The translations under genes were made by a program, and so were the position numbers. This document shows positions 54,377 to 64,000 of a stretch of 64,000 bases of DNA, in pieces. Where the stretch lies: the NCBI GenBank assembly GCA_016342685.1, contig JAEINU010000001.1:1034920-1098919 (forward strand), given 5' to 3'. This DNA comes from Bacteroidales bacterium (GTDB lineage Bacteria > Bacteroidota > Bacteroidia > Bacteroidales > UBA12077). Below the pieces are notes generated by a model, which was given only the letters and a program-made list of their open reading frames with translations, had not been told where the DNA came from and ran no database searches. Position 1 is the first letter of the stretch. Each line of letters opens with the position of its first letter.

Positions 54377-56293
54377 ATGAATAATAGGTTTTACAGATAT
54401 ATACTAAATTTCATACTATTAACAAGCCTTGTTTTAATTAGTACGAATGCAAACTCACAAAATAGTCTTGAAATTAAAGGTAGATTACTTTTAAAAGATG
54501 GAGCAGGCAGAGATGGTGAAATTAAATTATATGAGAATGGAAATTTTATTGAATCAATAAATACAGATAGATCAGGTAAATTTAAAATTTCGTTAGATCT
54601 AAATAAAGATTATATTTTTGAATTCACACAAGATGAGTATGTTACGAAAAAAATAAATATTAATACTGAAATTCCAGATCAATTTGAAAACAAGTCATAT
54701 ACTCCGATTTATTTTGCAGTTGAACTCTTTAGACAATATGAAGGAGTTAATACAGTAGTCTTTACTCAACCTGTAGGGATAATTAATTTTTCAAGACAAA
54801 TAGGAGATTTTGATTATGATACTGATTATTCAAGAGAGATAAAAAATAAGATTGATAAAGCTGAAAAAGAATTAATACAGGCACATCAAAAAGCTATGGA
54901 AGTGCAAAGACAGGAAGAAATTCAGGCTCAACGACAAGTCCTAGCACAACAGAAAGCAGCTCAAGAAGCTGTTCAACAGCAAAAAATTGAAGATGAGAAA
55001 GCTGCTGCAGAGCAAAGAAAAAAGATAGCGGAAGAAAAAAAGGTTCAGGAAGAACTAGAAAAAGAACGAATTAGAAAACAACAAGTAGAAGAAGCTGAAA
55101 AGAGAAAACAAGAAGAACTAGCTCGTCAGGAAGCTGAAAGAATAGAAAAAGAGAGGATTGCTGAAGAACAAAGAGTAGCAGCAGAAGAAAAAGCTCGAAT
55201 AAAAGCAGCAGAAGAAGTTAGAAAAAAAGCGGCTCTTGAGGCAAAAATAAAAGCCGAGGAAGAGGCCAGAAAGAAAGAAGCAGAAGAAAAAGCAAGAATT
55301 GAAGCTGAAAAACAAGCAAAGTTATTAGCAGAACAGAAAGCTGAAGCAGAAGAACGTCAGAAGCAAGAATTAGCTCGAATTGAAGCTGAAAAGATTGAAG
55401 CTGAAAGAATTTCACAAGAACAAAAAGCTATAGCAGAACAAAGGGCTAAAGAAGAGGCTGAAGAAAAGGCCCGTATTAAAGCTGTTGCCGAAGCTCAAAT
55501 AAAGGCAGAAGCTGATTCTTTAAAACAAGTAACCGAGGAAAAAGCTAGAATTGAAGCTGAAAAACAAGCTAAAGTTTTAGCAGAACAGAAAGCTGAAGCA
55601 GAAGAACGCCAGAAGCAAGAATTAGCACGGATAGAAGCTGAAAAGATTGAATCAGAAAAAATTTTAAAGGAGCAAAAAGCAGAAGCCGAAAAAAGAACTA
55701 AGGAAGAAGCCGAAGAAAAAGCAAGAATTAGAGCAGCTGAAGAAGCTCAACAAAAAGTAGAAGCTGATTCATTAAAAGTTGTTGCTGCAGAAAAAGAGCG
55801 GGTAGAAGCTGAATTACAATCTAAAAAATTTGCCGAATTAAAAGAAGAAGCCGAGAAAAGAAGAAAAGAAGAAGAAGCAGAAGAAGTTTTGTTGGCAGAA
55901 CAAAAATTAGCAAAATTTAAGGAAGAGAAACTCTTGTCTGAAGAACGAAAAAAAGCAGATGAAGCAGCTAAGGTTCAGGCAGAAGTTGAAGCACAGGCGA
56001 AATTACAAAGAGATATTGAAATTAGAAAATCAAGAGCATTAGCAAAGAAATTGAAGAAGAAAGCACAGAAAACTGCTGATGAACTAATGGTTTTAAAGAA
56101 GGATTATCCTAAAGGAAAAACTGTTGAAGAATTCGAGCGGAACGGAATGAAAATTACCCGAACCATTGTAATAGATAGTGAATCGGTTCGTGTTTACTTA
56201 AGGGTTATACATAATTGGGGTCAAACATATTACTTTAAAAATAACCAAAGTATTTCAGGTAATTATTATACTGTTGAACTAAAAAAGATTTAA
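54377..56293 (+). CDS. Secreted protein with CarboxypepD-reg-like N-domain, very long E/K/A/Q coiled coil and small C-terminal globular domain
   Basis: Signal peptide ...NANSQ, LEIKGRLLLKDGAGRDGEIKLYENG..., about 400 aa of charged heptad-like repeats. Confidence 0.7.
   Translation: MNNRFYRYILNFILLTSLVLISTNANSQNSLEIKGRLLLKDGAGRDGEIKLYENGNFIESINTDRSGKFKISLDLNKDYIFEFTQDEYVTKKININTEIPDQFENKSYTPIYFAVELFRQYEGVNTVVFTQPVGIINFSRQIGDFDYDTDYSREIKNKIDKAEKELIQAHQKAMEVQRQEEIQAQRQVLAQQKAAQEAVQQQKIEDEKAAAEQRKKIAEEKKVQEELEKERIRKQQVEEAEKRKQEELARQEAERIEKERIAEEQRVAAEEKARIKAAEEVRKKAALEAKIKAEEEARKKEAEEKARIEAEKQAKLLAEQKAEAEERQKQELARIEAEKIEAERISQEQKAIAEQRAKEEAEEKARIKAVAEAQIKAEADSLKQVTEEKARIEAEKQAKVLAEQKAEAEERQKQELARIEAEKIESEKILKEQKAEAEKRTKEEAEEKARIRAAEEAQQKVEADSLKVVAAEKERVEAELQSKKFAELKEEAEKRRKEEEAEEVLLAEQKLAKFKEEKLLSEERKKADEAAKVQAEVEAQAKLQRDIEIRKSRALAKKLKKKAQKTADELMVLKKDYPKGKTVEEFERNGMKITRTIVIDSESVRVYLRVIHNWGQTYYFKNNQSISGNYYTVELKKI
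55283..56038 (+). repeat. Three in-frame tandem 252-bp (84-codon) repeats inside the coiled-coil gene
   Basis: The units starting at 55283 and 55535 are near-identical (EEKARIEAEKQAK[LV]LAEQKAEAEERQKQELARIEAEKIE...). A third, diverged unit starts at 55787. Confidence 0.85.
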
Positions 56294-56296
56294 ACT

Positions 56297-56680
56297 ATGA
56301 AAGATTTTAAGCGGTATTATATAATTCCAGCAACACCAGAAGAAACATATATAGCTTTAACAAATCCATTTACAATTGAATTGTGGACTGGTTATCCTGC
56401 AGAAATGAGCGAAATAGTTGATTCGGAATTTTCTTTATGGGAAGGTGATATTACAGGAAAAAATCTTTTATTTGAACAGAATAAAAAGATAGTTCAGGAA
56501 TGGTATTTTGGCGATCAAAGCGAAAAATCATTAGTTACAATAAAGATTTTTGAAAATAAAAAAGGTTCTCAGGTTGAAGTAGTTCATACGAATATTCCTG
56601 ATGATGATTTTGATAATATTGTTGAAGGCTGGGATGATTTCTATTTTGGCGCAATAATATCTTTTTTCGAAGAAGAATAA
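56297..56680 (+). CDS. SRPBCC-superfamily protein (Aha1/AHSA1-like)
   Basis: 127 aa. PATPEETYIALTNPFTIELWTG...SEFSLWEGDITGKNL pattern. Starts 3 nt after the upstream stop. Confidence 0.55.
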   Translation: MKDFKRYYIIPATPEETYIALTNPFTIELWTGYPAEMSEIVDSEFSLWEGDITGKNLLFEQNKKIVQEWYFGDQSEKSLVTIKIFENKKGSQVEVVHTNIPDDDFDNIVEGWDDFYFGAIISFFEEE

Positions 56681-56786
56681 CTGTATTTGTTTAAAATATA
56701 ACGCTTTGTTTTAATTTTTTTCACATAAAATAGAGTGTTAAAAATAAATAGATATTTAACTTATTTTATAATTTAATTCTTGATTA

Positions 56787-59411
56787 ATGTATAAAATCTT
56801 TAAAATTGATCTTATTCGAATTCTTTTGTGTTTTACATTTATTATTTTAACGTCGTTTTCATTTGCACAAACTTCAGATTATAATGAAGAGATTAATAAT
56901 CTTTATAAAAAGATAAAAAATACCGAAATAGTAGGTGCAAAAATAGAGCTCTATAAAGATATTATTGAATTATCTTCTGAGAACGATATAGATAATATGT
57001 ACGCTTACTCAAAAGAATTACTTGCATTTTCCGAAAATAATAATAACATTGAAACAAAAGCCTATTCGCATTACTATATAGGTAAATTCTATTTGGATAA
57101 CAACAATTTTGAAGATGCAGAAAAAGAATATCAAAAATCTATAAAAATATATGAAGAACTTGCTAATAAAGATAAAATTGCTCAAATAAATAATAGCTTA
57201 GGTCTTTGTTATCAATATTTAAACCTTTACGATAAATCTTTAGAGTCTTATCAAAATGCAATAGAATTATTTGAAATTATTGGAAATGTGGAATCAGCAG
57301 CAGTTAGTTATCACGATATTGGAACATTATACAACGATATTGAAAAGTATTCATTAGCCTTATTTTACTATGAAAAAGCTATTTCGGTTTACGAAAAGTT
57401 TGATAATACAGAGCGAATTGCGGCCATTTATCAGAATATAGGCGTTCTTCATTATAACTGGGGAAATCTTGATCAATCAATAATTTTCTATCAGAAATCC
57501 TTAAAAATATATGAGAAATTAAAGGACAAAAGGTGTATAGCGATTTCCTTAAGTAATATAGGTTTGGTTTACGAAGAAAATAAAAGATATTCGAAGGCAA
57601 GAGAATATTACGAAAAATCATTGTTGATGTTCGAAGAAGTTGATAATCAGCAAGCATTGGTGTACATCTTTTACAATTTAGGTTCAATTTATAGAAATTT
57701 AGACAGTTACAATAAATCTATTGAATACTTTAATAAGGGTTTATCTCTTTCACAGAAAATAAAAATGAAAGACTATATATCGTATAATTACGAAGCTCTT
57801 TCGGGTGTTTACGAGGTTATAGGAAAAAATAAAAAAGCCTTAAATTATTATAAAGATTATATAGACGTAAAAGATTCCATTTTTGATGAAGAACGCTTTA
57901 ATCAAATCGCGGAGTTGGAAGCTAAATTTCAAAATGCGCAACATCAAAAAGAAATAGAGTTTTTAAGATTAAATCAAAGTATTAAAGATTCTGAGCTAGA
58001 AAAGAAAGAAGCTCAAAATATGGTGTTGATATTCGGTTCTTTCTTAATATTTATTATTGCAATAATATTATTTCTTTTTAATCGATCTCAAAAACGTTAT
58101 TCATATAAATTGAATACCGAGATTAAGGAGCGTAAGAAATCAGAATCAGAATTAAAAATTCTTACCGATGAATTAGAAAAACGAGTTCAGGAAAGAACTT
58201 TTGATTTAAAAAAAGCAAATCAGAATTTACAAGATGAAGTAGATAAGCATAAATTAACTTCGAAAAACCTTGAGTTTGCTAAAAATAGAGCAGAAGAGTC
58301 TGATAAAATTAAATCTAGCTTTTTGGCAAATATTTCTCACGAAGTCAGAACTCCATTAAATGCAATATTGGGATTTTCTCAAATGTTTGAGCAAGAAAAT
58401 TTACCAGTAAGTAAACGACGAGATTATATTAATAAAATAAAAGTTGGCTGTAAAGGTTTAACAAATTTAATTGATGATATTATTGATTTTGCATCGATTG
58501 AGGCTGGAGAAGCTAAAGTTGAAAAGAAAGAATTTAATCCACATCCTATATTAGAGTTTTTATATGATCATTATACAAACGAAATATTAAAACAAAACAA
58601 GGAATCTTTAAGACTGCGTTTTGATAATGAAAATACCGAGAATGATTTGGTATTATATACTGATCCTGTTCGATTAAAGCAGATTTTGTCTATTTTATTA
58701 GATAATGCTATAAAATTCACTCAAGACGGAAGTATTGATTTTGGATTTGTACATTCGGGAGGAAATGGCGACATTGAATTTTACGTAAAGGATACTGGTA
58801 TTGGAATCGATAAAAAACACAAAGAAAGCATTTTCGAAAGATTCGGACAAGTAGAGGTTGGTTCAACAAGAAATTATGGAGGAACAGGAATAGGATTGTC
58901 TGTGGCTAGAAGTCTTATAAAAATGCTTGATGGTGAAATTTGGTTGGAATCAACACTCGACGTTGGAAGTACTTTTCACATTAAATTACCATTTAATGGA
59001 GATGAAAAACTAGAAAATAAAATATTTAATCCTGGAGCATATAATTGGAAAGGGAAAATTATTTTAATTGCTGAAGATAAGCAGATTAACTATGAAATTC
59101 TTAAAGAGACTTTGAGTATTACTGAAGCTGAATTAATTTGGGCAAAAAATGGGAAAGAGGCTCTAGATGTTGTTAAATCAACAGAGAAGATAGATTTAAT
59201 ATTGATGGATATTCAAATGCCAATAATGAATGGGTATGAAACTACAGAAAAAATTAAATCAATAGTTTCGGATATTCCAATTATAGCACATACCGCATAT
59301 GCATTACCTCAAGATAACATAAAATGTTTTGAATCTGGATGTGATGATTATATAGCGAAACCTATCTCGTTAAATATATTCCTTAATAAATTAAGTAAAT
59401 ACTTATCTTAG
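56787..59411 (+). CDS. TPR-repeat hybrid sensor histidine kinase / response regulator
   Basis: Signal/TM, about 8 TPR-like repeats, second TM (MVLIFGSFLIFIIAIILFLF), H-box ANISHEVRTPLNAI, GGTGIGLSV, receiver DLILMDIQMPIMNGYE. Confidence 0.9.
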   Translation: MYKIFKIDLIRILLCFTFIILTSFSFAQTSDYNEEINNLYKKIKNTEIVGAKIELYKDIIELSSENDIDNMYAYSKELLAFSENNNNIETKAYSHYYIGKFYLDNNNFEDAEKEYQKSIKIYEELANKDKIAQINNSLGLCYQYLNLYDKSLESYQNAIELFEIIGNVESAAVSYHDIGTLYNDIEKYSLALFYYEKAISVYEKFDNTERIAAIYQNIGVLHYNWGNLDQSIIFYQKSLKIYEKLKDKRCIAISLSNIGLVYEENKRYSKAREYYEKSLLMFEEVDNQQALVYIFYNLGSIYRNLDSYNKSIEYFNKGLSLSQKIKMKDYISYNYEALSGVYEVIGKNKKALNYYKDYIDVKDSIFDEERFNQIAELEAKFQNAQHQKEIEFLRLNQSIKDSELEKKEAQNMVLIFGSFLIFIIAIILFLFNRSQKRYSYKLNTEIKERKKSESELKILTDELEKRVQERTFDLKKANQNLQDEVDKHKLTSKNLEFAKNRAEESDKIKSSFLANISHEVRTPLNAILGFSQMFEQENLPVSKRRDYINKIKVGCKGLTNLIDDIIDFASIEAGEAKVEKKEFNPHPILEFLYDHYTNEILKQNKESLRLRFDNENTENDLVLYTDPVRLKQILSILLDNAIKFTQDGSIDFGFVHSGGNGDIEFYVKDTGIGIDKKHKESIFERFGQVEVGSTRNYGGTGIGLSVARSLIKMLDGEIWLESTLDVGSTFHIKLPFNGDEKLENKIFNPGAYNWKGKIILIAEDKQINYEILKETLSITEAELIWAKNGKEALDVVKSTEKIDLILMDIQMPIMNGYETTEKIKSIVSDIPIIAHTAYALPQDNIKCFESGCDDYIAKPISLNIFLNKLSKYLS

Positions 59412-59421
59412 AAATAAGTAT

Positions 59422-60240
59422 TTACAAACCTACAATTGTTTGTCTAATCTTTGTAAGGTTAGATAATAGATTCTCTAAATAATCTAAATGTAGCATATTT
59501 GCTCCATCGGATTTTGCGTTTGCTGGATCAGGATGTGTTTCTATAAAAATACCATCTACTCCAACTGCAATTCCTGCTCTGGCAATAGTTTCAATTAGTT
59601 CAGGCTTTCCACCTGTTACTCCAGAGGTTTGATTGGGTTGTTGTAAACTATGTGTAATATCTAAAATTACCGGATGTCCAAATTTTTGCATTTCAGGAAT
59701 GCCTCTATAATCAACAACCATATCCTGATAACCAAACATAGAACCTCTATCCGTTATCATAACATTATTGTTCCCAGAGTCAATAATTTTATTTACAGCA
59801 AATTTCATTGATTCAGGAGCTAAAAATTGTCCTTTTTTGATATTAACTACTTTTCCTGTTTTTGCTGCGGCAACAAGTAATTCTGTTTGTCGGCATAGAA
59901 ATGCAGGAATTTGTAAAATATCAACATATTTTGCAGCAATAGCAGCTTCTTCCGCAGTATGTATGTCAGTAACAACAGGCACATTCAATTCTTTGCGAAC
60001 TTTACCTAAAATTTCTAAAGCCTTTATATCTCCAATTCCTGTAAAAGAATCTAATCTAGAACGATTTGCTTTTCTATAAGATCCTTTAAAAACAAAAGGG
60101 ATTCCTAATTTGTCAGTTATAGTAATAATTTTATTAGCTATCTCAAATACAACTTCTTCATTTTCAATTACACATGGGCCTGCTAAAAGAAAAAAATTAT
60201 TTTTATCGACATTTTTTATATTGGGGATATTTTGAATCAT
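59422..60240 (-). CDS. kdsA: 3-deoxy-8-phosphooctulonate (KDO-8-P) synthase
   Basis: FLLAGPCVIE, FKGSYRKANRS, QIPAFLCRQT, DITHSLQ, ETHPDP motifs. Confidence 0.9.
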   Translation of the reverse strand: MIQNIPNIKNVDKNNFFLLAGPCVIENEEVVFEIANKIITITDKLGIPFVFKGSYRKANRSRLDSFTGIGDIKALEILGKVRKELNVPVVTDIHTAEEAAIAAKYVDILQIPAFLCRQTELLVAAAKTGKVVNIKKGQFLAPESMKFAVNKIIDSGNNNVMITDRGSMFGYQDMVVDYRGIPEMQKFGHPVILDITHSLQQPNQTSGVTGGKPELIETIARAGIAVGVDGIFIETHPDPANAKSDGANMLHLDYLENLLSNLTKIRQTIVGL

Positions 60241-60290
60241 AATTATAAAATTTTAGTTTTTTAAAATATTGCACGAATTTACACAAAAAA

Positions 60291-61580
60291 TTAATACTTA
60301 TATTTTCCATTCCATTGAATTTGCAAGCGCTTTAAAATTTCAGTTTCCTTGGGGTTCTTTTGCGGAGTATATAAAATATCATTTTTTATATTTTCAGGTA
60401 AAAAGTTATCTTGAACAAAATTCCCTTCGTAACTATGGGCATATTTATAATCTTTGCCATAGCCGATATCCTTCATTAATTTTGTTGGAGCATTTCTAAT
60501 ATGCAATGGAACTGATAAATCGCCTGTTTTTCGAACCAAGTATTGCGCATCTTTAATAGCTTGATATGCAGAATTGCTTTTTGCTGATGTTGCTAAATAA
60601 ATTGTTGCTTGCGAAAGAATTATTCTTGATTCGGGCCATCCAATTTTATTTACAGCATCGAAACAATTATTGGCCAATAATAAAGCATTTGGATTTGCTA
60701 ATCCAATATCTTCAGAAGCTAGAATTAGTAATCTTCTTGCAATGAATTTAGGATCTTCGCCACCTTCAATCATTCTTGCCAACCAATAAACAGCTGCATT
60801 CGGATCACTTCCACGAATAGACTTTATAAAAGCGGAGATTATATCATAATGCTGTTCTCCGTTTTTATCGTAAGTGGCCATGTTTTCTTGAAGAATATCA
60901 ACCACAATATTATTTGTTATTACTATTTTCCCATCTGATTTTGCCATTTCAGTATTTACAACTAACTCAAGAATATTGTATAGTTTACGCGCATCGCCGC
61001 CAGAGAATCGGAGCAACGCTTCGTATTCGGGAATATCAATATCTATTTCTTTTAAATACCTATCTTCTTTAATTGCACGATTTAGAATCTCAATTAGTTC
61101 CTCTTTCTCTAAATGTTTAAGAATATATACCTGCGAACGTGATAATAAAGGCGAAATTACCTCGAAAGATGGATTCTCTGTAGTTGCACCAATAAGAATG
61201 ATAGTTCCTTGTTCTACAGCTCCTAAAAGCGAATCTTGTTGCGTTTTATTAAATCGATGAATTTCATCGATAAATAAAATTGGATTAGGAGAATCGAAAA
61301 ATTGTTGTTTTTTTGCTTTTTCAATTGTTTCTCTTACATCTTTAACACCTGAATGTACAGCGCTTAAAGTAAAAAAAGGTCTGTTTTGTTGATTTGCAAT
61401 TATTGTTGCTAAAGTTGTTTTTCCAACACCGGGAGGTCCCCATAAAATAAATGATGGTATATTTCCAGATTCAATTGCTTTACGTAAAATGGCATTTTCA
61501 CCAACCAAATGTTTCTGTCCAATGTATTCATCCAAATTCTTGGGTCTCATTCGATCTGCCAAGGGTTTATTTATTACCAT
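60291..61580 (-). CDS. rarA: Replication-associated recombination protein A (AAA+ ATPase)
   Basis: LADRMRPKNLDEYIGQ, Walker A GPPGVGKTT, FIDEIHRFNK, C-terminal MgsA domain (AVYWLARMIEGGEDP). Confidence 0.9.
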   Translation of the reverse strand: MVINKPLADRMRPKNLDEYIGQKHLVGENAILRKAIESGNIPSFILWGPPGVGKTTLATIIANQQNRPFFTLSAVHSGVKDVRETIEKAKKQQFFDSPNPILFIDEIHRFNKTQQDSLLGAVEQGTIILIGATTENPSFEVISPLLSRSQVYILKHLEKEELIEILNRAIKEDRYLKEIDIDIPEYEALLRFSGGDARKLYNILELVVNTEMAKSDGKIVITNNIVVDILQENMATYDKNGEQHYDIISAFIKSIRGSDPNAAVYWLARMIEGGEDPKFIARRLLILASEDIGLANPNALLLANNCFDAVNKIGWPESRIILSQATIYLATSAKSNSAYQAIKDAQYLVRKTGDLSVPLHIRNAPTKLMKDIGYGKDYKYAHSYEGNFVQDNFLPENIKNDILYTPQKNPKETEILKRLQIQWNGKYKY

Positions 61581-61774
61581 AATAGTATCCTTTCATCTAA
61601 TCCGACATCAAACTAAACATTTTAGTAAATACAGCGTACAATTAATGTTTAATAAAAATTCGAAGATGTAAATTTCTAAAAATATTGTTATTAATGAAAC
61701 CATTTGCAACTATTTTACATCTATGTTTATAAGAATATTTAAATCCTTAAAGTAATAAATCTAAAATAAAACCT

Positions 61775-62875
61775 ATGAAAAACATGAAATCTAAAGTTAA
61801 GGTACTAGGAATGGTATTTTTGATGTTTGTTACATCATCCATTTACGCCCAATTTGATCAGTTAGGAAGTGTTTTATCAACCGGGGTTGATGATGCAGGT
61901 AAAATTCTTGGAGCTTATATAACACCATATGCAAACGGTATGGGAGCGAGTTTAAGTGGTGGCTGGTACAATACCGCAAAAACACATAAACTTGGAGGTT
62001 TTGATGTGACAATTACTGCAAATGTGGTTTTTATACCAACTTCTGATCAAAGCTATAATCCAAACGATTTAAATCTGGGTGATCCGGATAATGGAATAAA
62101 TGTAACTATCGACGGAGATAAAGCTCCAACTGCGGCTGGAGATAAAAAATCGGGACCTGAGGTTACTTATAACAAGAATGTTCTAGGAACAGATGTTCCA
62201 TTTACACAATTTAATTTACCAAAAGGTTCTGATTTTGCATACGCAGCAATGCCAATGGTTCAGGCTGGTATTGGTTTAGTTAAAGAAACAGAATTAATTT
62301 TTCGTTACTCGCCCGAATTAAAATATGGCGAAGGCGGTAAAGTAGGATTATGGGGTATTGGTATAAAGCATGGTATCAAACAATGGATTCCTGCGATAAA
62401 AAAATTACCTGTTTTAGAAATGTCTGTTCATGGTGGATATACAAAACTTTCATCAACAAATAGTTTAAATCTTCAACCATCGTTTTATGAAGGGTTTGCA
62501 CAGGATTTTACAATATTTCCCGGATATTATAGTAATCAGGAAATGGTAATGGAAATTAAGAATACTTCTGCAAACTTTTTAGTTTCTGCAAATCTGCCTG
62601 TTATATGTATTTATGGAGGCGTTGGTGTTAGCTATACAAATACAAATTTAAAACTCAATGGGAAATATCCTATAGCTGAAGTTCAAGATCTTACGAATGT
62701 AATCATAAGTGAATCTACAGCAGTAACTAATCCAATAGATATGGATATAAAAAATACGGATGTGAGATTAAATGCAGGTTTAAGAATTAAAATGGCAGTT
62801 GTTACCTTACATTTTGATTATACTTATGCAGATTATTCAATAGCAACTGCTGGATTAGGTATAAGTTTAAGATAA
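61775..62875 (+). CDS. Putative outer-membrane / beta-rich secreted protein of unknown function
   Basis: Signal peptide ...SIYAQ and a beta-strand-like alternating pattern. I recognise no family. Confidence 0.5.
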   Translation: MKNMKSKVKVLGMVFLMFVTSSIYAQFDQLGSVLSTGVDDAGKILGAYITPYANGMGASLSGGWYNTAKTHKLGGFDVTITANVVFIPTSDQSYNPNDLNLGDPDNGINVTIDGDKAPTAAGDKKSGPEVTYNKNVLGTDVPFTQFNLPKGSDFAYAAMPMVQAGIGLVKETELIFRYSPELKYGEGGKVGLWGIGIKHGIKQWIPAIKKLPVLEMSVHGGYTKLSSTNSLNLQPSFYEGFAQDFTIFPGYYSNQEMVMEIKNTSANFLVSANLPVICIYGGVGVSYTNTNLKLNGKYPIAEVQDLTNVIISESTAVTNPIDMDIKNTDVRLNAGLRIKMAVVTLHFDYTYADYSIATAGLGISLR

Positions 62876-62896
62876 ACTTTCCTATAAAAATAAGCA

Positions 62897-62930
62897 TAAA
62901 AAACCCGGATAATTCCGGGTTTTTCTTTTT
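62897..62930. terminator. Bidirectional intrinsic terminator
   Basis: AAACCCGGA-taat-TCCGGGTTTTTCTTTTT. Confidence 0.8.
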
Positions 62931-62942
62931 AGGATTAATATG

Positions 62943-64000
62943 CTAGTTTTTTTCAAATCCAGTAATGTCAGTGGCAATTTTAAGCACTTTAACAGGTCTT
63001 CCATCTTCATCTAGAATAGGAGTGTAGGTTGCAACAAATACGTAATGCTTACCACTAAATTCAACTCTATCAGTTTCTTTCTTAGCGATACCTTTTCTTA
63101 AATCAACCCAAAATTGCTCTATGTCTTTCTTTTGAGCAGGAGTTAATTCCATATTTTCGGTATGATGAGTACCTATTAATTGCTCTCTGTTTGTTCCAAC
63201 TAGCTTTAAGTAGTTATCATTAACAGTTATTATATTTCCTTCTAAGTCATATTCAATTACCAAGTTGGCAGTATTTAATGCATCAAGTAATCCTTGCATT
63301 TCGGTACTTCTACGAGCTGCTTCTTCCTGAGTTGCTTGAAGCTCTTCCATATTTTGACGCATTTCCTCTTCCTGAGCGGCCATTTCTTCACTTTGTTGTT
63401 GTGATTGCTCCAATAAATGGTTTGTCCTTATATTTACTTTGGTTGTAGAAATTGTCGAAGCAATACTTTCACCAACCTCTTCTACAAATTTAACAACATG
63501 ATCTTCAAATTCATTAAAGCCTGCAAGTTCAACAACTCCAAATATTTCATCATTAACTTTTAAAGGAACAATTAAAAGAGCATTTGGTATTGATTGACCT
63601 AATCCTGAGGTAATATTCACGTAATTTTCAGGAAGTTCGGTCATGTAAATTGTTTTTTGCTCTTGTACACACCGACCAATTAATCCAACACCTGGCTCAA
63701 TTCTTTTCTCCATATATTTTCTACGTTCGTATGCGTAACATGCCAAAAGTTCAACAAAAACATCGTTTTTGTCATCATCATTTATAATAAAAATACCACC
63801 TTGATTTCCATCAATATATTTAACCAGATTGCTAATTATATGATAAGAGAATTCTTGCATGTCTTCGTTGTTCTGACGAAGTATTTCACCAAATTTAGCT
63901 AAGCCTTGAGTAGCCCAATGCTTCTTTTGATCTTCTGATTTTCTCGAAGTTTCTTGTTCCTTAGCAATTTTAAGACTTTTTCGCATTTCTAATAAGGAAT
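62943..64000 (-). CDS. GAF + PAS signalling protein, C-terminal part (the frame looks open to the right edge)
   Basis: GAF-like segment (GGIFIIN...GLIGRCVQEQKTIY...IVPLKVNDEIFGVVELAG), coiled-coil linker (EEMAAQEEEMRQNMEELQATQEEA), C-terminal PAS (IEYDLEGNIITVNDNYLKLVG...). The upstream part is not visible. Confidence 0.7.
   Translation of the reverse strand, partial: SLLEMRKSLKIAKEQETSRKSEDQKKHWATQGLAKFGEILRQNNEDMQEFSYHIISNLVKYIDGNQGGIFIINDDDKNDVFVELLACYAYERRKYMEKRIEPGVGLIGRCVQEQKTIYMTELPENYVNITSGLGQSIPNALLIVPLKVNDEIFGVVELAGFNEFEDHVVKFVEEVGESIASTISTTKVNIRTNHLLEQSQQQSEEMAAQEEEMRQNMEELQATQEEAARRSTEMQGLLDALNTANLVIEYDLEGNIITVNDNYLKLVGTNREQLIGTHHTENMELTPAQKKDIEQFWVDLRKGIAKKETDRVEFSGKHYVFVATYTPILDEDGRPVKVLKIATDITGFEKN

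Noticed and set aside
55118-55415. Two 65-aa minus-strand ORFs rich in F/L/S
   Set aside because: They are the antisense reading of the GAA/AAA/GCA-rich coiled-coil repeats and have no independent support.
54900-56100. Periodic repeats as a CRISPR array or non-coding satellite
   Set aside because: The repeats are 252 bp, directly abutting with no spacers, in frame within a continuous 638-codon ORF, and they encode coiled-coil sequence.
60269-60499. 76-aa plus-strand ORF (and 61489..61671) at the ends of rarA
   Set aside because: Both are antisense to the well-supported RarA gene and have no independent features.

Overview
AT-rich (about one-third G+C by eye, not computed) chromosomal segment that reads like a Bacteroidota genome. 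Several starts have TAnnTTTG-type -7 boxes at the right distance and no Shine-Dalgarno sequences. There are many SpII lipoprotein signals, DUF4252/ECF and FecR/STN/CarboxypepD-reg architectures, and a type-A RNase P RNA. I support about 56 protein-coding genes, two tandem tRNA-Lys(UUU) genes, rnpB and a set of clear intrinsic terminators. I saw no rRNA, CRISPR array, transposase, integrase, phage structural genes or recognisable defence-system genes, so most of the window is housekeeping or envelope/signalling content. The loci most worth a second look are: (1) a phage-CI-like HTH + S24 (non-canonical LexA-type) repressor divergent from an uncharacterised radical-SAM + DUF4130 DNA-repair pair, with an operator-like palindrome; (2) a GlpD-like / alkyl-DHAP-synthase-like / FGGY-kinase operon; (3) an ECF sigma / FecR module whose STN-domain partner is not a TonB-dependent transporter; (4) a Cys-rich mini-lipoprotein followed by a MauE-thioredoxin fusion; (5) a KamA-type aminomutase next to an LLM oxidoreductase; (6) an ECF sigma cluster with three DUF4252 genes; (7) a class-2-type PyrD carrying the class-1 NLSCPN motif; (8) an 836-bp non-coding gap with TTAC-N4-GTAA palindromes. 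All calls come from motif recognition by eye. No BLAST, HMM or folding was run, so functions are family-level hypotheses.
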